The translations under genes were made by a program, and so were the position numbers. This document shows, piece by piece, positions 48,490-58,745 of a stretch of 64,000 nt of DNA. The stretch is from Thermoplasmata archaeon (GTDB lineage: Archaea; Thermoplasmatota; Thermoplasmata; Thermoplasmatales; GCA-001856825). The stretch covers positions 96,001-160,000 of the forward strand of contig JAJYUZ010000001.1 of assembly GCA_021792255.1 (NCBI GenBank), in the 5' to 3' direction. The notes under the pieces are model-generated. The model did not search any database. It was not told the DNA's origin and was given only the letters and a program-made list of their open reading frames with translations. Position 1 is the first letter of the stretch; each line of letters begins with the position of its first letter.

Positions 48490-49104
48490 TCAATAATCAT
48501 CTAAGGTTGATGTTATCGTGTTAACGGTCTTCCATGACTTTCTTACGTGGGGTGGCAATCTCCCGTTTTTCCTGAAATAGTTCTTCAAAAACGCAATAGT
48601 CCTCTCATCAGACGGATATCCCGAACCAAAATCACCAATTTCTATTTTTATCTTCGAAATCTCTTTTTCCCTAGTGACTTTGGCGATTATGGACGCGGCA
48701 GATACGAGTGGATAGTTGACGTCTGCTTTGTGTTCAGCTATGATGTCGATGTTTCCGCTCAGTTGAGTCAGAAGCTTGGCAAATCTTTCTTCGTTTACGT
48801 CAGGACAGTCTACTATGTATTCATTATCGGGTCTAATCATTTTTGAGATGGTCTTTGCTTCCAACAGGTTGAGTTCTTTTTTTAGCGTCGACTCATCAAT
48901 GATTTCCTCATCGACGATTACGTATTCCACTGAAGCCGCCGATTTCATTATCTGATCAAACATCCGTTCTCTTATCGGTTCAGAAATAGTCTTTGAATCC
49001 TTCACCCCTATTTTCTTCATCGAATCTGGATCACCACAGACAACGGCCACTACCATCGGTCCGATCACTGGACCTCTTCCAGCCTCATCACACCCACACT
49101 GCAT
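48490..49104 (-). CDS. rnhB: Ribonuclease HII
   Basis: DEAGRGPVIGPM, KDSK, KAD...VSAASIIAKV, GSGYPSD, and C-terminal PIP-like STLDDY. Confidence 0.95.
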   Translation of the reverse strand: MQCGCDEAGRGPVIGPMVVAVVCGDPDSMKKIGVKDSKTISEPIRERMFDQIMKSAASVEYVIVDEEIIDESTLKKELNLLEAKTISKMIRPDNEYIVDCPDVNEERFAKLLTQLSGNIDIIAEHKADVNYPLVSAASIIAKVTREKEISKIKIEIGDFGSGYPSDERTIAFLKNYFRKNGRLPPHVRKSWKTVNTITSTLDDY

Positions 49105-49179
49105 CTTAAATCGTATCCACTTCTGCTCTATTATCTTAATGTAATAAGTATTCTTTTAGTATCATTGTTTAGAGACTCA

Positions 49180-50109
49180 TCACGGAATAAGTACCGAATT
49201 TTCCAAAGAAATTCCGTCATTCTCTTTGAGCTCTCGATCACTCGTAAAATTGATCTTCCCATATTCAGTCTCGACCAAATAATTATTCTTTATTCCCCTT
49301 TCTCTGTAGATTATTTTAATCTTAGTAGATCCACCTATCAAGACTTTTGAAGGGTGGATTGCATAGCTCGATTCCCCCTTTTGGTACAGGTTGTACCCAA
49401 GAATACGAGCAATACCAGCAGTCTTTGGATGATTCAGTATCTCTTCTTTCTTTCCCTCATCCAGTATCGTACCTTCGTCTAGAATTGCGATTGTGTCTCC
49501 CAGAATTTCGGCATCTGCTAGATCGTGTGTCACATAAATTATTGAGATGTTAAACTTCTGCTGAATGTCCTTAATGTACCATCTCATCACGTTTCTGAGG
49601 AAAGAATCCAGTGAAGACAGAGGTTCGTCCATCAATATGAGATCCGGTCCCGTCACCAGAGTTCGGGCAAGGGAGACCAGTTGTTTCTCTCCTCCACTTA
49701 GCTGTGAGGGAAACTTTCGAAGGTGGTCTTCAATGTCTAGAACCTTGCTAATCTCCACAACTTTTCTATTGATTTCTTTCACATCTTTAGTTCTTATCCT
49801 AAGTCCATAGGCTATATTCTCTGCTACGTTCATTGAGTAAAATAATCCCAAATCCTGGAAAACAAATCCGATATTTCTGTCCTCTATGCGCAAATGGGTT
49901 ATGTTCTTCTCGTCTTTGAATATGGAACCAGAATCGGGTTCGATAATACCCGCTATGCAGTTCAGAATACTCGTTTTTCCGCTACCGGAAGCACCTAAGA
50001 TTACTTTGATTTCCTTTTCCTTTAGTCTAAAGCTTACGTTCTTTAGGGTGTCCAACCCTCCGATCTTCTTTGAAACACCTTCGAGCCTAAGCTTGTCCAA
50101 CTGCACCAC
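49180..50109 (-). CDS. ABC transporter ATP-binding subunit (thiamine transporter)
   Basis: GASGSGKT, LSGGEKQ, MDEPLSSLD, YVTHD. In an operon with a ThiB-like binding protein. Confidence 0.9.
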   Translation of the reverse strand: MVQLDKLRLEGVSKKIGGLDTLKNVSFRLKEKEIKVILGASGSGKTSILNCIAGIIEPDSGSIFKDEKNITHLRIEDRNIGFVFQDLGLFYSMNVAENIAYGLRIRTKDVKEINRKVVEISKVLDIEDHLRKFPSQLSGGEKQLVSLARTLVTGPDLILMDEPLSSLDSFLRNVMRWYIKDIQQKFNISIIYVTHDLADAEILGDTIAILDEGTILDEGKKEEILNHPKTAGIARILGYNLYQKGESSYAIHPSKVLIGGSTKIKIIYRERGIKNNYLVETEYGKINFTSDRELKENDGISLENSVLIP

Positions 50110-51589
50110 TCTTTCCTAACTGGTTTATAACGAAAGAGGAAATAAATATTACAATAAGGAAAATCTCGGTTAGATAATAAGTATCTCTGATGTCCCTCAG
50201 GAGCAGCAATTTGTAGATGCCTACAGTAATGGTCTCTGTAGATGCAGTATAGACGGTAACGATTGACGAAAATTCTCCCAATACGGTAATGAACATCAAT
50301 GATAGAATCGTTGAAACCTCCCATTTAATGCGCGGCAGCTGAACCTTGAAGAACGTTGAAAACGTTGAATCACCCAACGTTTTGGAGGAATAAGTTTCCG
50401 ATAGGGGAATCGTGTCTACTGCTTGGGACATCATTCGGATGTTCAGCGGGACTACGATCACAGTGAAAATCAGGATGATGAGCAGGCTTGTTGGAATGTA
50501 ATCGCCATAGACCAGAAAGTACGACAATGCTAAAGTCACTGGTGAAAAGATGAGTGGGAGCAGGATTAGAAACTGATTCCTGAAAGAGAACCGGTAAACG
50601 ACTATGACGATTGAAATCATAAATGCAATGAAGGTGCTGACAAAGGAGAAAACGAGGGTATTACCCAGAAGTATGGCCATTGAAATCTGAAGTTTCCTGG
50701 TCATTTCTACAACACTGATTTGCCATAACGGGTATTTTATGAACATCCCGAGCAGTGGGGTAAGTGCGAAAATTAGAAAAGCAACGAGTCCAAGGAGAGC
50801 TATAGAGTTGTATCGGCGAAGTGGAGGAGGCAGGCTTGAGTCATTTCTTCTAGATTTTGACTGTATTGAAAGATACGCGTAGAGAGGAACCACGAGAATG
50901 ACAACTTGTAGAAGTCCGAGGAAGGAAGCAGTAGAAAACGGGAACTGAGAAAATGCAGGAAAGACGTTTTTAAATTCATAGATCATGACTTCCATCGTCG
51001 AAAAAGATGGACCTCCGATAATCAACGGAAGGCTGAAACCCTCGAATGATAATATGAAAGAAAGTATCCCTCCAAGCATACCTCCTCTAAGGGAGTTCGG
51101 GAGATAGAATCTGGTGACTACCTGTGAATCATTTGCGCCGATGACCTTTGCAGAGTAAACTTCTCTGATGCTTGTAGAATTTCCGGTTGAATATGCAAGA
51201 ACGGCAATCAACGGCGCATTATATATGACATTGCCATAGATAATCTCCCAAAATCTAGATGAATATCCAAAGAGTGAGATGATCCCGAGTGCCATTATTA
51301 TTCCAGGCAAGACGTAGGTTACCAAAAGCAGCGAGATAATGACGTTCTTAAATCTCCCATTATAGATGATCAATAGGATACCAAACAGCAGACCAGTTCC
51401 AAGTGATATCGCAGTGGATATCGAGGCCTGCAGAAAAGATTGTCTTATTGACGCTGAAAGTACACTCAAGAAAAGTCTAGAGGGGGACACGCGGATAGAG
51501 TAGTAGACCAGAAAAATCAACGGAACTATGACTACTATGACGGCATAAACGGCGACGTAGATTAAAGGAATGGACCTGTCATGCCTCAA
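50087..51589 (-). CDS. ABC transporter permease (ThiP/FbpB-like, two repeats)
   Basis: About 12 TM segments with duplicated EAA-like loops. Lies between the binding protein and the ATPase. Confidence 0.85.
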   Translation of the reverse strand: MRHDRSIPLIYVAVYAVIVVIVPLIFLVYYSIRVSPSRLFLSVLSASIRQSFLQASISTAISLGTGLLFGILLIIYNGRFKNVIISLLLVTYVLPGIIMALGIISLFGYSSRFWEIIYGNVIYNAPLIAVLAYSTGNSTSIREVYSAKVIGANDSQVVTRFYLPNSLRGGMLGGILSFILSFEGFSLPLIIGGPSFSTMEVMIYEFKNVFPAFSQFPFSTASFLGLLQVVILVVPLYAYLSIQSKSRRNDSSLPPPLRRYNSIALLGLVAFLIFALTPLLGMFIKYPLWQISVVEMTRKLQISMAILLGNTLVFSFVSTFIAFMISIVIVVYRFSFRNQFLILLPLIFSPVTLALSYFLVYGDYIPTSLLIILIFTVIVVPLNIRMMSQAVDTIPLSETYSSKTLGDSTFSTFFKVQLPRIKWEVSTILSLMFITVLGEFSSIVTVYTASTETITVGIYKLLLLRDIRDTYYLTEIFLIVIFISSFVINQLGKSGAVGQA

Positions 51590-52679
51590 TGGAACTCCAC
51601 TCTAGGGACAACGCCGCTATCTCTTTTGCAGCTACGGTCATATTCAGGAACGAATTCAGAGGGATTATAGAAGAAACGGGAGGATTCAAGGAGTAAACAG
51701 TGGGCAGAGACACATCTAAATTTGCGGGATAAGTCCATTCGTTCAGGGGAATCAGATTTTGAACATTCTTTCCTAGCAGCCAATTCACAAATTCTTCATC
51801 GATACTCTTGTATTTCGAAGAGTTTAGGATTCCAGCCCCTAGAACCTGCATCCACGCGTAGCTCCTTCCTTTATAGTGAAAAGCCGTTGTGCCTATTGCG
51901 GAGTAATTGAAATAAGCATTATACGCAGGATCAGTGGCATAAGAGAAGAACATCTGCTTCGATCCACTCTCAAACAATGAGAAGCCAGAATCCCAGTCCT
52001 GAGTAATTTGAATTCCCTTAGAGACGTTCCAGAATGAAGTCCAGTTTTGGTTCAGAATTCCTTGATAAAACGCCACCTGCCCTAACAGAAAATCCTCCCC
52101 ATTTATGCTGGTGGTCGGATTCTCAAGAATGTATTGATTCGCGATTGTTGCGTTCGTGAGGTCCGCGAAAGACAGATTTCCAAGAATCGTAGAGTTGATT
52201 GGACCTGAAAAATTGTAGTCCGTGGTCAGAGGCGAATATTCGTAGGGGATAACGTATCCAGAAGACTGAAGGTAGGTCGACAGCGTACCATTGATATACG
52301 ACTCGTTGCTTACGTTGAAACGGTACAAGAGTCCGCTGCCTGCAGCAAGGTAGGAATCTATATTGTTCAGCCCAATTACGATATCGTATCCACTACCTTT
52401 GGTCTGTAGGATCTGGTCGTACAGGTCGCCAGAAGCGTTCACAATGTTGATCTTAACGTGATACCAATTTTCAAAATTGCCGATTATGTACTTTAGCGTT
52501 TGATTTGGGTGCGCCCCATATTGGAAAAAGGAACTATAAGTCAAAACATTGATCGTCGGCTCCTTTGAAGGCGCAAACTGTGGATATACTACGTAAACCA
52601 TTGCTGCCGCAACTATTACAATTCCAACTATGATAAATACGGTATAGTTGGCCTTTTTCTTTATTATCGTGTCACTCAT
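51579..52679 (-). CDS. Thiamine ABC transporter substrate-binding protein (ThiB/TbpA-like)
   Basis: N-terminal TM anchor, VLTYSSF, DIVIGLNN, SYATDPAY, NEWTYP. Preceded by a TPP riboswitch. Confidence 0.88.
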   Translation of the reverse strand: MSDTIIKKKANYTVFIIVGIVIVAAAMVYVVYPQFAPSKEPTINVLTYSSFFQYGAHPNQTLKYIIGNFENWYHVKINIVNASGDLYDQILQTKGSGYDIVIGLNNIDSYLAAGSGLLYRFNVSNESYINGTLSTYLQSSGYVIPYEYSPLTTDYNFSGPINSTILGNLSFADLTNATIANQYILENPTTSINGEDFLLGQVAFYQGILNQNWTSFWNVSKGIQITQDWDSGFSLFESGSKQMFFSYATDPAYNAYFNYSAIGTTAFHYKGRSYAWMQVLGAGILNSSKYKSIDEEFVNWLLGKNVQNLIPLNEWTYPANLDVSLPTVYSLNPPVSSIIPLNSFLNMTVAAKEIAALSLEWSSIEA

Positions 52680-52682
52680 TTT

Positions 52683-52770
52683 TTTCCCTCCGCCAGTATT
52701 ATCTGGGTCAGGTTCGTTGGGTCGATCTTCTCGATCCTCTCAGCCCGCATAAGCGAGCTCCCCTGTAGGT
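52683..52770 (-). ncRNA. TPP (THI-box) riboswitch
   Basis: The minus strand reads ACAGGGGAGCUCGCUUAUGCGGGCUGAGAGGAUCGAGAAGAUCGACCCAACGAACCUGACCCAGAUAAUACUGGCGGAGGGAA. It contains GGGG, CUGAGA, ACCC, GAACCUGA, GAUAAU and GCGNAGGGA. Upstream of a thiamine ABC operon. Confidence 0.95.
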
Positions 52771-52890
52771 CTTTATCGAAACGACGTATAAAATTATTTT
52801 GAATTTTGGTCACAAATAGTCTCACTATATTACAACTGGAAAATGCGTACAATTTGGATAACGTTTTATTATCACATTCATTAATGTCCT

Positions 52891-54348
52891 ATGTTTCTTA
52901 CAAAGCTTGAAGATGCCAAAATGGGTTATACTTATGATGACGTTCTTTTGGTCCCTGGCCCTAGCAGAGTAGAACCCATTGGGGTGAACGTAGAATCGTC
53001 CCTGACGAGGCACATAAAGCTCAACATTCCAGTAGTCTCGTCGCCAATGGACACAGTTTCAGAGTCCGAAATGGCGATCGCTCTTGCCAGACTTGGTGGA
53101 ATTGGCATTATACATCGCAATAACAAAAAAGAAGTTCAGGTGGAAATGATTAAAAGGGTGAAGAGGGAAGAGGCCCTGATCATTAAAGACCTGTACACAG
53201 TGAGTCCGGACACTTCAATCCATGACGCAATCAAGCTGATGAGAGAGAAAAGAATTGCAGGACTTCCGGTAATTCTCGACAATAAACTAGTAGGGATCCT
53301 GACGAACAGGGACATAAGGTTTCTGAAGGGAAATGCACAGAAGGTCATGGATGTAATGACTAAACAAGTGATAACAGGAAATATCAATCTCTCCATGGAA
53401 CAGGCGTTAGATATAATGAACCAGAAAAAAATAGAAAAACTTCCACTGGTGGATGGTTCTGGAAATCTCGTGGGTCTTATAACTGCAAAGGATATACTAA
53501 AGAGAGAACAGGACCCCTTGGCGGTTAGAGACGAGGAGGGAAAACTCTTGGTGGGAGGAGCCATTGGTGCGTTCGACTTGGAACGTGCGAAAGCCCTGCA
53601 AGACGCTGGGGCTGACGTCATTGTCGTCGACAGTGCTCACGGTCATAATCTGAATTTAATAGACTCTGTCAAGAAACTGAGGAAGGTAATAGACATCGAT
53701 ATAATCGCGGGGAACATAGCGACTTCACAAGCTGCGGAAGACCTCATTTCAGCTGAAGTCGATGGTCTTAGAACAGGAGTTGGCCCAGGGTCAATATGCA
53801 CCACGAGGATAGTTGCTGGAATTGGGGTCCCTCAACTTACTGCGGTCGCTCAAGTGGCAGAGATGGCAGAGAGGCACGGTATTCCTGTCATAGCTGATGG
53901 GGGCATAAGATATTCTGGAGATATAGTGAAGGCAATAGCAGCCGGTGCGAGTAGTGTGATGCTAGGCTCCTTACTTGCAGGGACTGACGAGGCTCCTGGT
54001 ACAGAAATAAACATTTCAGGAAGGAGATACAAAACTTACCGAGGGATGGGCTCTCTTGGAGCGGTAATGGGAGGGGAGAGCGACAGATACGGCAAACTAG
54101 GCTCCGGCAAATTCGTACCGGAGGGAGTAGAAGGCGCAGTTCCGTACAAGGGTAAAGTAGCAGACACTGTTTTCCAACTAATTGGGGGGGTGAAGTCTGG
54201 CATGGGGTACACAGGGTCGCCAACAATCGCAAAGCTACGAGAGAACGCAAGATTTGTGATAGTGACGCAGGCAGGCATAATGGAGAGTCATCCACATAAT
54301 GTGATGCTTCTCAGTGAGCCACCAAACTACACTAACAGGAATTTCTAA
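52891..54348 (+). CDS. guaB: IMP dehydrogenase
   Basis: SSPMDTV, CBS pair, [32 protein letters not shown]. Confidence 0.97.
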   Translation: MFLTKLEDAKMGYTYDDVLLVPGPSRVEPIGVNVESSLTRHIKLNIPVVSSPMDTVSESEMAIALARLGGIGIIHRNNKKEVQVEMIKRVKREEALIIKDLYTVSPDTSIHDAIKLMREKRIAGLPVILDNKLVGILTNRDIRFLKGNAQKVMDVMTKQVITGNINLSMEQALDIMNQKKIEKLPLVDGSGNLVGLITAKDILKREQDPLAVRDEEGKLLVGGAIGAFDLERAKALQDAGADVIVVDSAHGHNLNLIDSVKKLRKVIDIDIIAGNIATSQAAEDLISAEVDGLRTGVGPGSICTTRIVAGIGVPQLTAVAQVAEMAERHGIPVIADGGIRYSGDIVKAIAAGASSVMLGSLLAGTDEAPGTEINISGRRYKTYRGMGSLGAVMGGESDRYGKLGSGKFVPEGVEGAVPYKGKVADTVFQLIGGVKSGMGYTGSPTIAKLRENARFVIVTQAGIMESHPHNVMLLSEPPNYTNRNF

Positions 54349-54515
54349 AGGAATCTACTTCTGGCTAAAAGAACAGATGCGGAAAAAGCCAATGTTTGAG
54401 CGACACCTCGAACCTAAGACTCAAGGTTCCCCTACGTATCGACTTGTCCGGGGTTTTTTGAACAAAGCAGGCGGTAAGAGCTATATTTTAAATTCCAATA
54501 GGTGACCCCAAAGAT

Positions 54516-56606
54516 GTGATATTTCTGAAAAATATTACGGGTAAAATTGTGACATTGTGTGTAGTCATCGTCGTGCTTTTATCATCCGTTTTGGTTATTT
54601 TGATCGAAAACAATATAACAGGATCAGTCGTCCCAGGTGCTTCCGACCCAATGCCCAGTCTGAGTGAAATCAGGGGGCAATTACTTTCTACGAGGGAACA
54701 AATCAACCCATATAATTCTTACAGGAGCGAACCTGCGCCTATAGGAATCGCCGACTACGGACTTGGGAATAATGGGAACCCTTACAATTATTCGACCTCA
54801 TCGTTCGTAGGAAACGTCACTGTAAATTCCATTTCATTTTACAATAGTTCTATGAGTTCTTACAATATGACGTTCCAACTGAATCTGAATTTCGTATTCA
54901 AATATAATTCGATTAGCTACGACTACTGGGTCCAGAACGTGGCTTATCTGAATACTTTCAATATGCAGATCACTTTTATAGACAATATCTGGAATCTTTC
55001 CTCCAGCAGAGCAAACATGGCAAACTCGACGGTAACTGGGAATGGAACAGTCACAAACTTCAACTCGACGGCCTTCTACTATGACTTTTCTAACTCTTCG
55101 CTTGCAGGTAACAATATCACGTTGTCAAAGAATGCGTCCTTCCTGTTGAAAATGAACGCTATCCTTGGACCTACTGGTGCTCCAGAAGTTGTCTTTTTGT
55201 ACGATGATGGTTATGGCTGGGTAGCCTATGATAGGGCGATTTTTCACTTTGCAAATAATTTGAAGCAGAGTCCTTACTTTTTTGTCAGTGGAAACTCTTA
55301 CAATCCAGCAAATACGTATTATGATGCAGAACTTGTGATGGGTGGTCCAGGAAATGGCAGCTCAAGCAACGACATCAACTCTTCAGTACTGCTAATGCTG
55401 GAATACTATAATGGAAACAACTATCAAACGATACAGAATGCGTACAATTTCGGGGGTGACACAGGGGAGACAGTTTACAATGCGCTGAGTAGAGGGATAT
55501 ATGGCAGTCTTAGCGGAAGACTAGGGGCCCACGTAACAAACTCGACTGGATCAAATCCTATAGGCCAAATTTACAATTCTAGCGAAGTATCTGACTTGAA
55601 GGTCATATCGAACATTTCCGAAGGAGCGCTGTATGTCAGCAGGCTCGGTTCCACGGGAAAAGTTGGTAACTTTGTAAATGTTACGAATTTCGTCGGGGGA
55701 TCCTTCAACGTCACACTGTATAACGGCACTTATTCAGTAAAAATTCTGGATTATTCGACCGGAAAGTTTCAGAGTTTGGGCGACATCACCTTGATTAAAG
55801 GCAAGGAAACGACTTTTTTTAGTAATATCTATCAAGTCATTTTCCTGGAAAAGGGGCTTCCTTCGGGCAGTTCTTGGTATCTCAACCTGTCTGGAACAAC
55901 TCCATTATTAATTAATGGAAATAAAGAGACACTCTACTTGCAAAATGGGACTTACAACTACACCTTGTCTGCTACCAACAGGGATTATTTCCCCGTAAAT
56001 GGCACCGGAACTGTATTCGTCAATGGAACTTCTCAAAATATGGATGTTCAGTTCTCGTTAGTGCACTTCAACGTAACCTTCACTGAGGTTGGTCTCCCTC
56101 CTGGATCATCTTGGACCGTGACTCTAAATGGAAGGGGTCCTGCTGCAACTTCCGGAAGTTCCATCATCTTTTCAGTCGGAAACGGCACTTATGACTATGT
56201 TGTCCAAAGGGCGGGCAGCTATGTGCCTTCTCAATCCACCGGGGCGGTCACCGTAAATGGTAAATCAGAAACGGTGACAGTATCGTTTGCCATCCTTGAT
56301 GGCTACTTAGTGGGATCAATAAAACCTTCAGAGGCGACTCTAGTAATAAATGGAACATCCTATTTCATAACAAATGGTAGTTTTAACATCTCTCTCAAAC
56401 CGGGGAATTATTCAGTAGTTCTATCGGCAGCAGGTTATGTAACATACACCGCCAACGTTACTATTACCCCGCTCAACGTCACTCACTTGCAGACGAACGG
56501 GTTGGTAAAAGAGTCAAAAACGGGGTTCATAATTGAGGTTATCATATTTCTGCTCTTGATGACGGGTGCAATTGGCAGCATGATACTTTCAAGAAGACGA
56601 AGGTAG
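54516..56606 (+). CDS. Thermopsin family acid protease with C-terminal beta-sandwich/PEGA-like repeats and TM anchor
   Basis: PAPIGIADYG, QLN, YWVQN, FIDNIWN, DAELVMGGPGNG, GGDTGE. Two F.E.GLP.GSSW repeats, many N-x-S/T sequons, and a C-terminal TM + RRRR. Confidence 0.88.
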   Translation: MIFLKNITGKIVTLCVVIVVLLSSVLVILIENNITGSVVPGASDPMPSLSEIRGQLLSTREQINPYNSYRSEPAPIGIADYGLGNNGNPYNYSTSSFVGNVTVNSISFYNSSMSSYNMTFQLNLNFVFKYNSISYDYWVQNVAYLNTFNMQITFIDNIWNLSSSRANMANSTVTGNGTVTNFNSTAFYYDFSNSSLAGNNITLSKNASFLLKMNAILGPTGAPEVVFLYDDGYGWVAYDRAIFHFANNLKQSPYFFVSGNSYNPANTYYDAELVMGGPGNGSSSNDINSSVLLMLEYYNGNNYQTIQNAYNFGGDTGETVYNALSRGIYGSLSGRLGAHVTNSTGSNPIGQIYNSSEVSDLKVISNISEGALYVSRLGSTGKVGNFVNVTNFVGGSFNVTLYNGTYSVKILDYSTGKFQSLGDITLIKGKETTFFSNIYQVIFLEKGLPSGSSWYLNLSGTTPLLINGNKETLYLQNGTYNYTLSATNRDYFPVNGTGTVFVNGTSQNMDVQFSLVHFNVTFTEVGLPPGSSWTVTLNGRGPAATSGSSIIFSVGNGTYDYVVQRAGSYVPSQSTGAVTVNGKSETVTVSFAILDGYLVGSIKPSEATLVINGTSYFITNGSFNISLKPGNYSVVLSAAGYVTYTANVTITPLNVTHLQTNGLVKESKTGFIIEVIIFLLLMTGAIGSMILSRRRR

Positions 56607-56687
56607 CCTTGAGAATAATTACCAGACGCTTTTTTAACAATTTAATGGCGTCGTCATTTCCCATCCAAGATAGGAAATCTGAGGACA

Positions 56688-57353
56688 GTGGATTTCAGAG
56701 TGCACGAAAGAATTTTCCAGAAATTCCCAGAGTTTAGGTATGGTGTGGTAATATGCAAGGGACTTGAAGACACGGGGGTCGACGAAAACCTTCTGAAGGA
56801 GTTCAGGTACACTGAAGGCGGAATCAGGCAAGATCTTTCACTTGAGAGTTGGGTCAGTTCATTTTTTTTGAAGGATGAGGAGAGCGTACTCCTCTCCTGG
56901 TGTGGATTCGACGAAATTTAAATGCTCAAACGAAGCTACCGCAAGAAGAGTGCTCAAAGGTGACGAAATCCCACACAAAAACAGGTTTGTTTACTCCTAC
57001 AGTTTCATATCTCTCAAATATCATACTCCCCGTAGAGGAGAGAATGTAGACAAGCTGAATTGAGATATTGTACTGAAGCACGCTGAGGACCATGAGAAAT
57101 TCACACCGCTAGGCTCCAAGGAAGAGACAAGGGTGAACGAGGGAGAAATCGTCAACACTTCCGGCTCTGAGGTAATATGTAGAAAATGGAACTGGAGGTA
57201 ATCTGAAAAACTGCACTTACCGAAGACACTAGGAACTCATTCCTCATCGTTGAAATTCTTCCATCATTATTTCACATGGAAGTAAAAACGGCTAAGGGTG
57301 AACTGAAAGATATAATACCAATATTTGCAGAACTACTCCTCACGAAAAATTAA
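56688..57353 (+). pseudogene. B3/B4 (tRNA-editing) domain protein, disrupted
   Basis: Fragments across frames: IFQKFPEF / RRAYSS...CSNEATARRVLKG...SLKY / FTPLG...GEIV...CRKWNWR / TEDTRNSFLIVE. There is a frameshift near the T8 run at 56862-56869, in-frame TGA 57061-57063, TAA 57199-57201, and a second frameshift near 57210. Confidence 0.8.
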
Positions 57354-57458
57354 TCACTAGGGAAAATACCTAATACCAATTAATCTGAAGACCTACCTAT
57401 CGTCTCTACGTGTCTGTCTTCTGGCAATAATTATTATCCATTTTACCATACGATTTGT

Positions 57459-58211
57459 GTGAACTTCAAAGAGATTATTGTCAGAGAGGGGGAGATATCT
57501 GAAATTATCCTGAATAGACCTAAGAAACTGAACGCACTGAACGCATCAATGAAGTCAGAACTCATCGAAGCGCTCAAGACACTAAATGAAAATGATTCCG
57601 TGAAGGTCATAGTCGTGAGCGGAGAAGGTGGAAACTTCTCTACTGGCCAAGATATCAATGAGACAGCATCATTTTCGGGTGAGGACGTGGCTAGTTGGGT
57701 CGATGGGCTGGAAAGACTGTTTGATGCATTCAGAAATGTCGATAAACCAATGATAGCGTCCATAGAAGGGTATGCTGCCGGTGCAGGATTTCAATTATCT
57801 CTACTCTGTGATATGAGAATCTGCTCGTCTACAGCTAAACTAGGTCTCCCTGAAATCAATGTGGGGCTCCCGTGCATTACGGGTAGCCAAATTTTGCACA
57901 TGCTTGGTGTTCCACTTTCAAAGATAGCAGAGATGATCATGACAGGTGATTTTATAACTGGTACAGAGGGAAAAGAGCTTGGAATAGTCAACCACGTCGT
58001 CTCAGCAGGACATACACACGCTGTTGCAGTCGACATTGCTGGGCAGCTCGTCAAGAAGTCATCGGCTGCACAGAAAGTCCACAAACGGTGGCTCAGAAGC
58101 ATGACAGAAGACCTTTTTAGGAAATCGTTTAAGTTCGCAATCGAAGCTGATACGGAAGTCTTTAACTCGGGAGAACCATCTAAGGCTATGGACTCCTTTT
58201 TGAAAGAGTGA
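57459..58211 (+). CDS. Crotonase (enoyl-CoA hydratase/isomerase) superfamily protein, CarB/ThnE-like features
   Basis: LNRPKKLNAL, FSTGQD, KPMIASIEGYAAGAGFQ, LPEINVG. Confidence 0.9.
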   Translation: MNFKEIIVREGEISEIILNRPKKLNALNASMKSELIEALKTLNENDSVKVIVVSGEGGNFSTGQDINETASFSGEDVASWVDGLERLFDAFRNVDKPMIASIEGYAAGAGFQLSLLCDMRICSSTAKLGLPEINVGLPCITGSQILHMLGVPLSKIAEMIMTGDFITGTEGKELGIVNHVVSAGHTHAVAVDIAGQLVKKSSAAQKVHKRWLRSMTEDLFRKSFKFAIEADTEVFNSGEPSKAMDSFLKE

Positions 58212-58745
58212 GTACATACATTCTCTGAAACTCATGTGGAGATTGCAATTTTTCCGATATAGTCTCAGGACAACAAGGGAAGCAATGTATGAGCCTGAGC
58301 ATAGACAATTTATCCACATTCTTTTTTAGCAACCACATTATGATGCAAATGATGAGATACGGGAAACAGCTCAAAGCAGGACTAGAATCGCTAAGTGCAG
58401 AGATCCTCCCTATTAGCACGAACTCAGGCTTCGTGCCGGCAACCGGAGACGATCTAAGCCATGTCGCGTCTCGAAGGACGGAAAAGGAGACTAAGTTCAC
58501 ACGACAGTCTCGGTATGTCTCATTTGCGATTTGGTCGAGCATTGCGATCTGGGAAGACTTTGGAGCTTACACTGGAGATCATCTATTGTGTTAGCCTTTG
58601 GAATGAAGACTGTCAAGGGAAAGGTTGGCAAGTTCGCCGATCACGCTGGCCCAAGAGTTATCGAATTCGAACTTAAGGTTGAAGGTAAGCTCTGAGGTCA
58701 CATTTAAGAGATTGAGGAACCGAACAGTCTTACAGGAGATATAGA

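Noticed and set aside
57061-57063. In-frame TGA in the B3/B4 gene as selenocysteine or readthrough
   Set aside because: The gene also has a TAA and frameshifts, and the position probably corresponds to Gly (GGA to TGA). It is a pseudogene.
58212-58745. Overlapping ORFs 58289-58594, 58461-58676 and 58186-58542
   Set aside because: No recognisable motifs, and the ORFs overlap each other. Probably spurious or eroded DNA. I could not identify an aspartokinase or homoserine dehydrogenase remnant.
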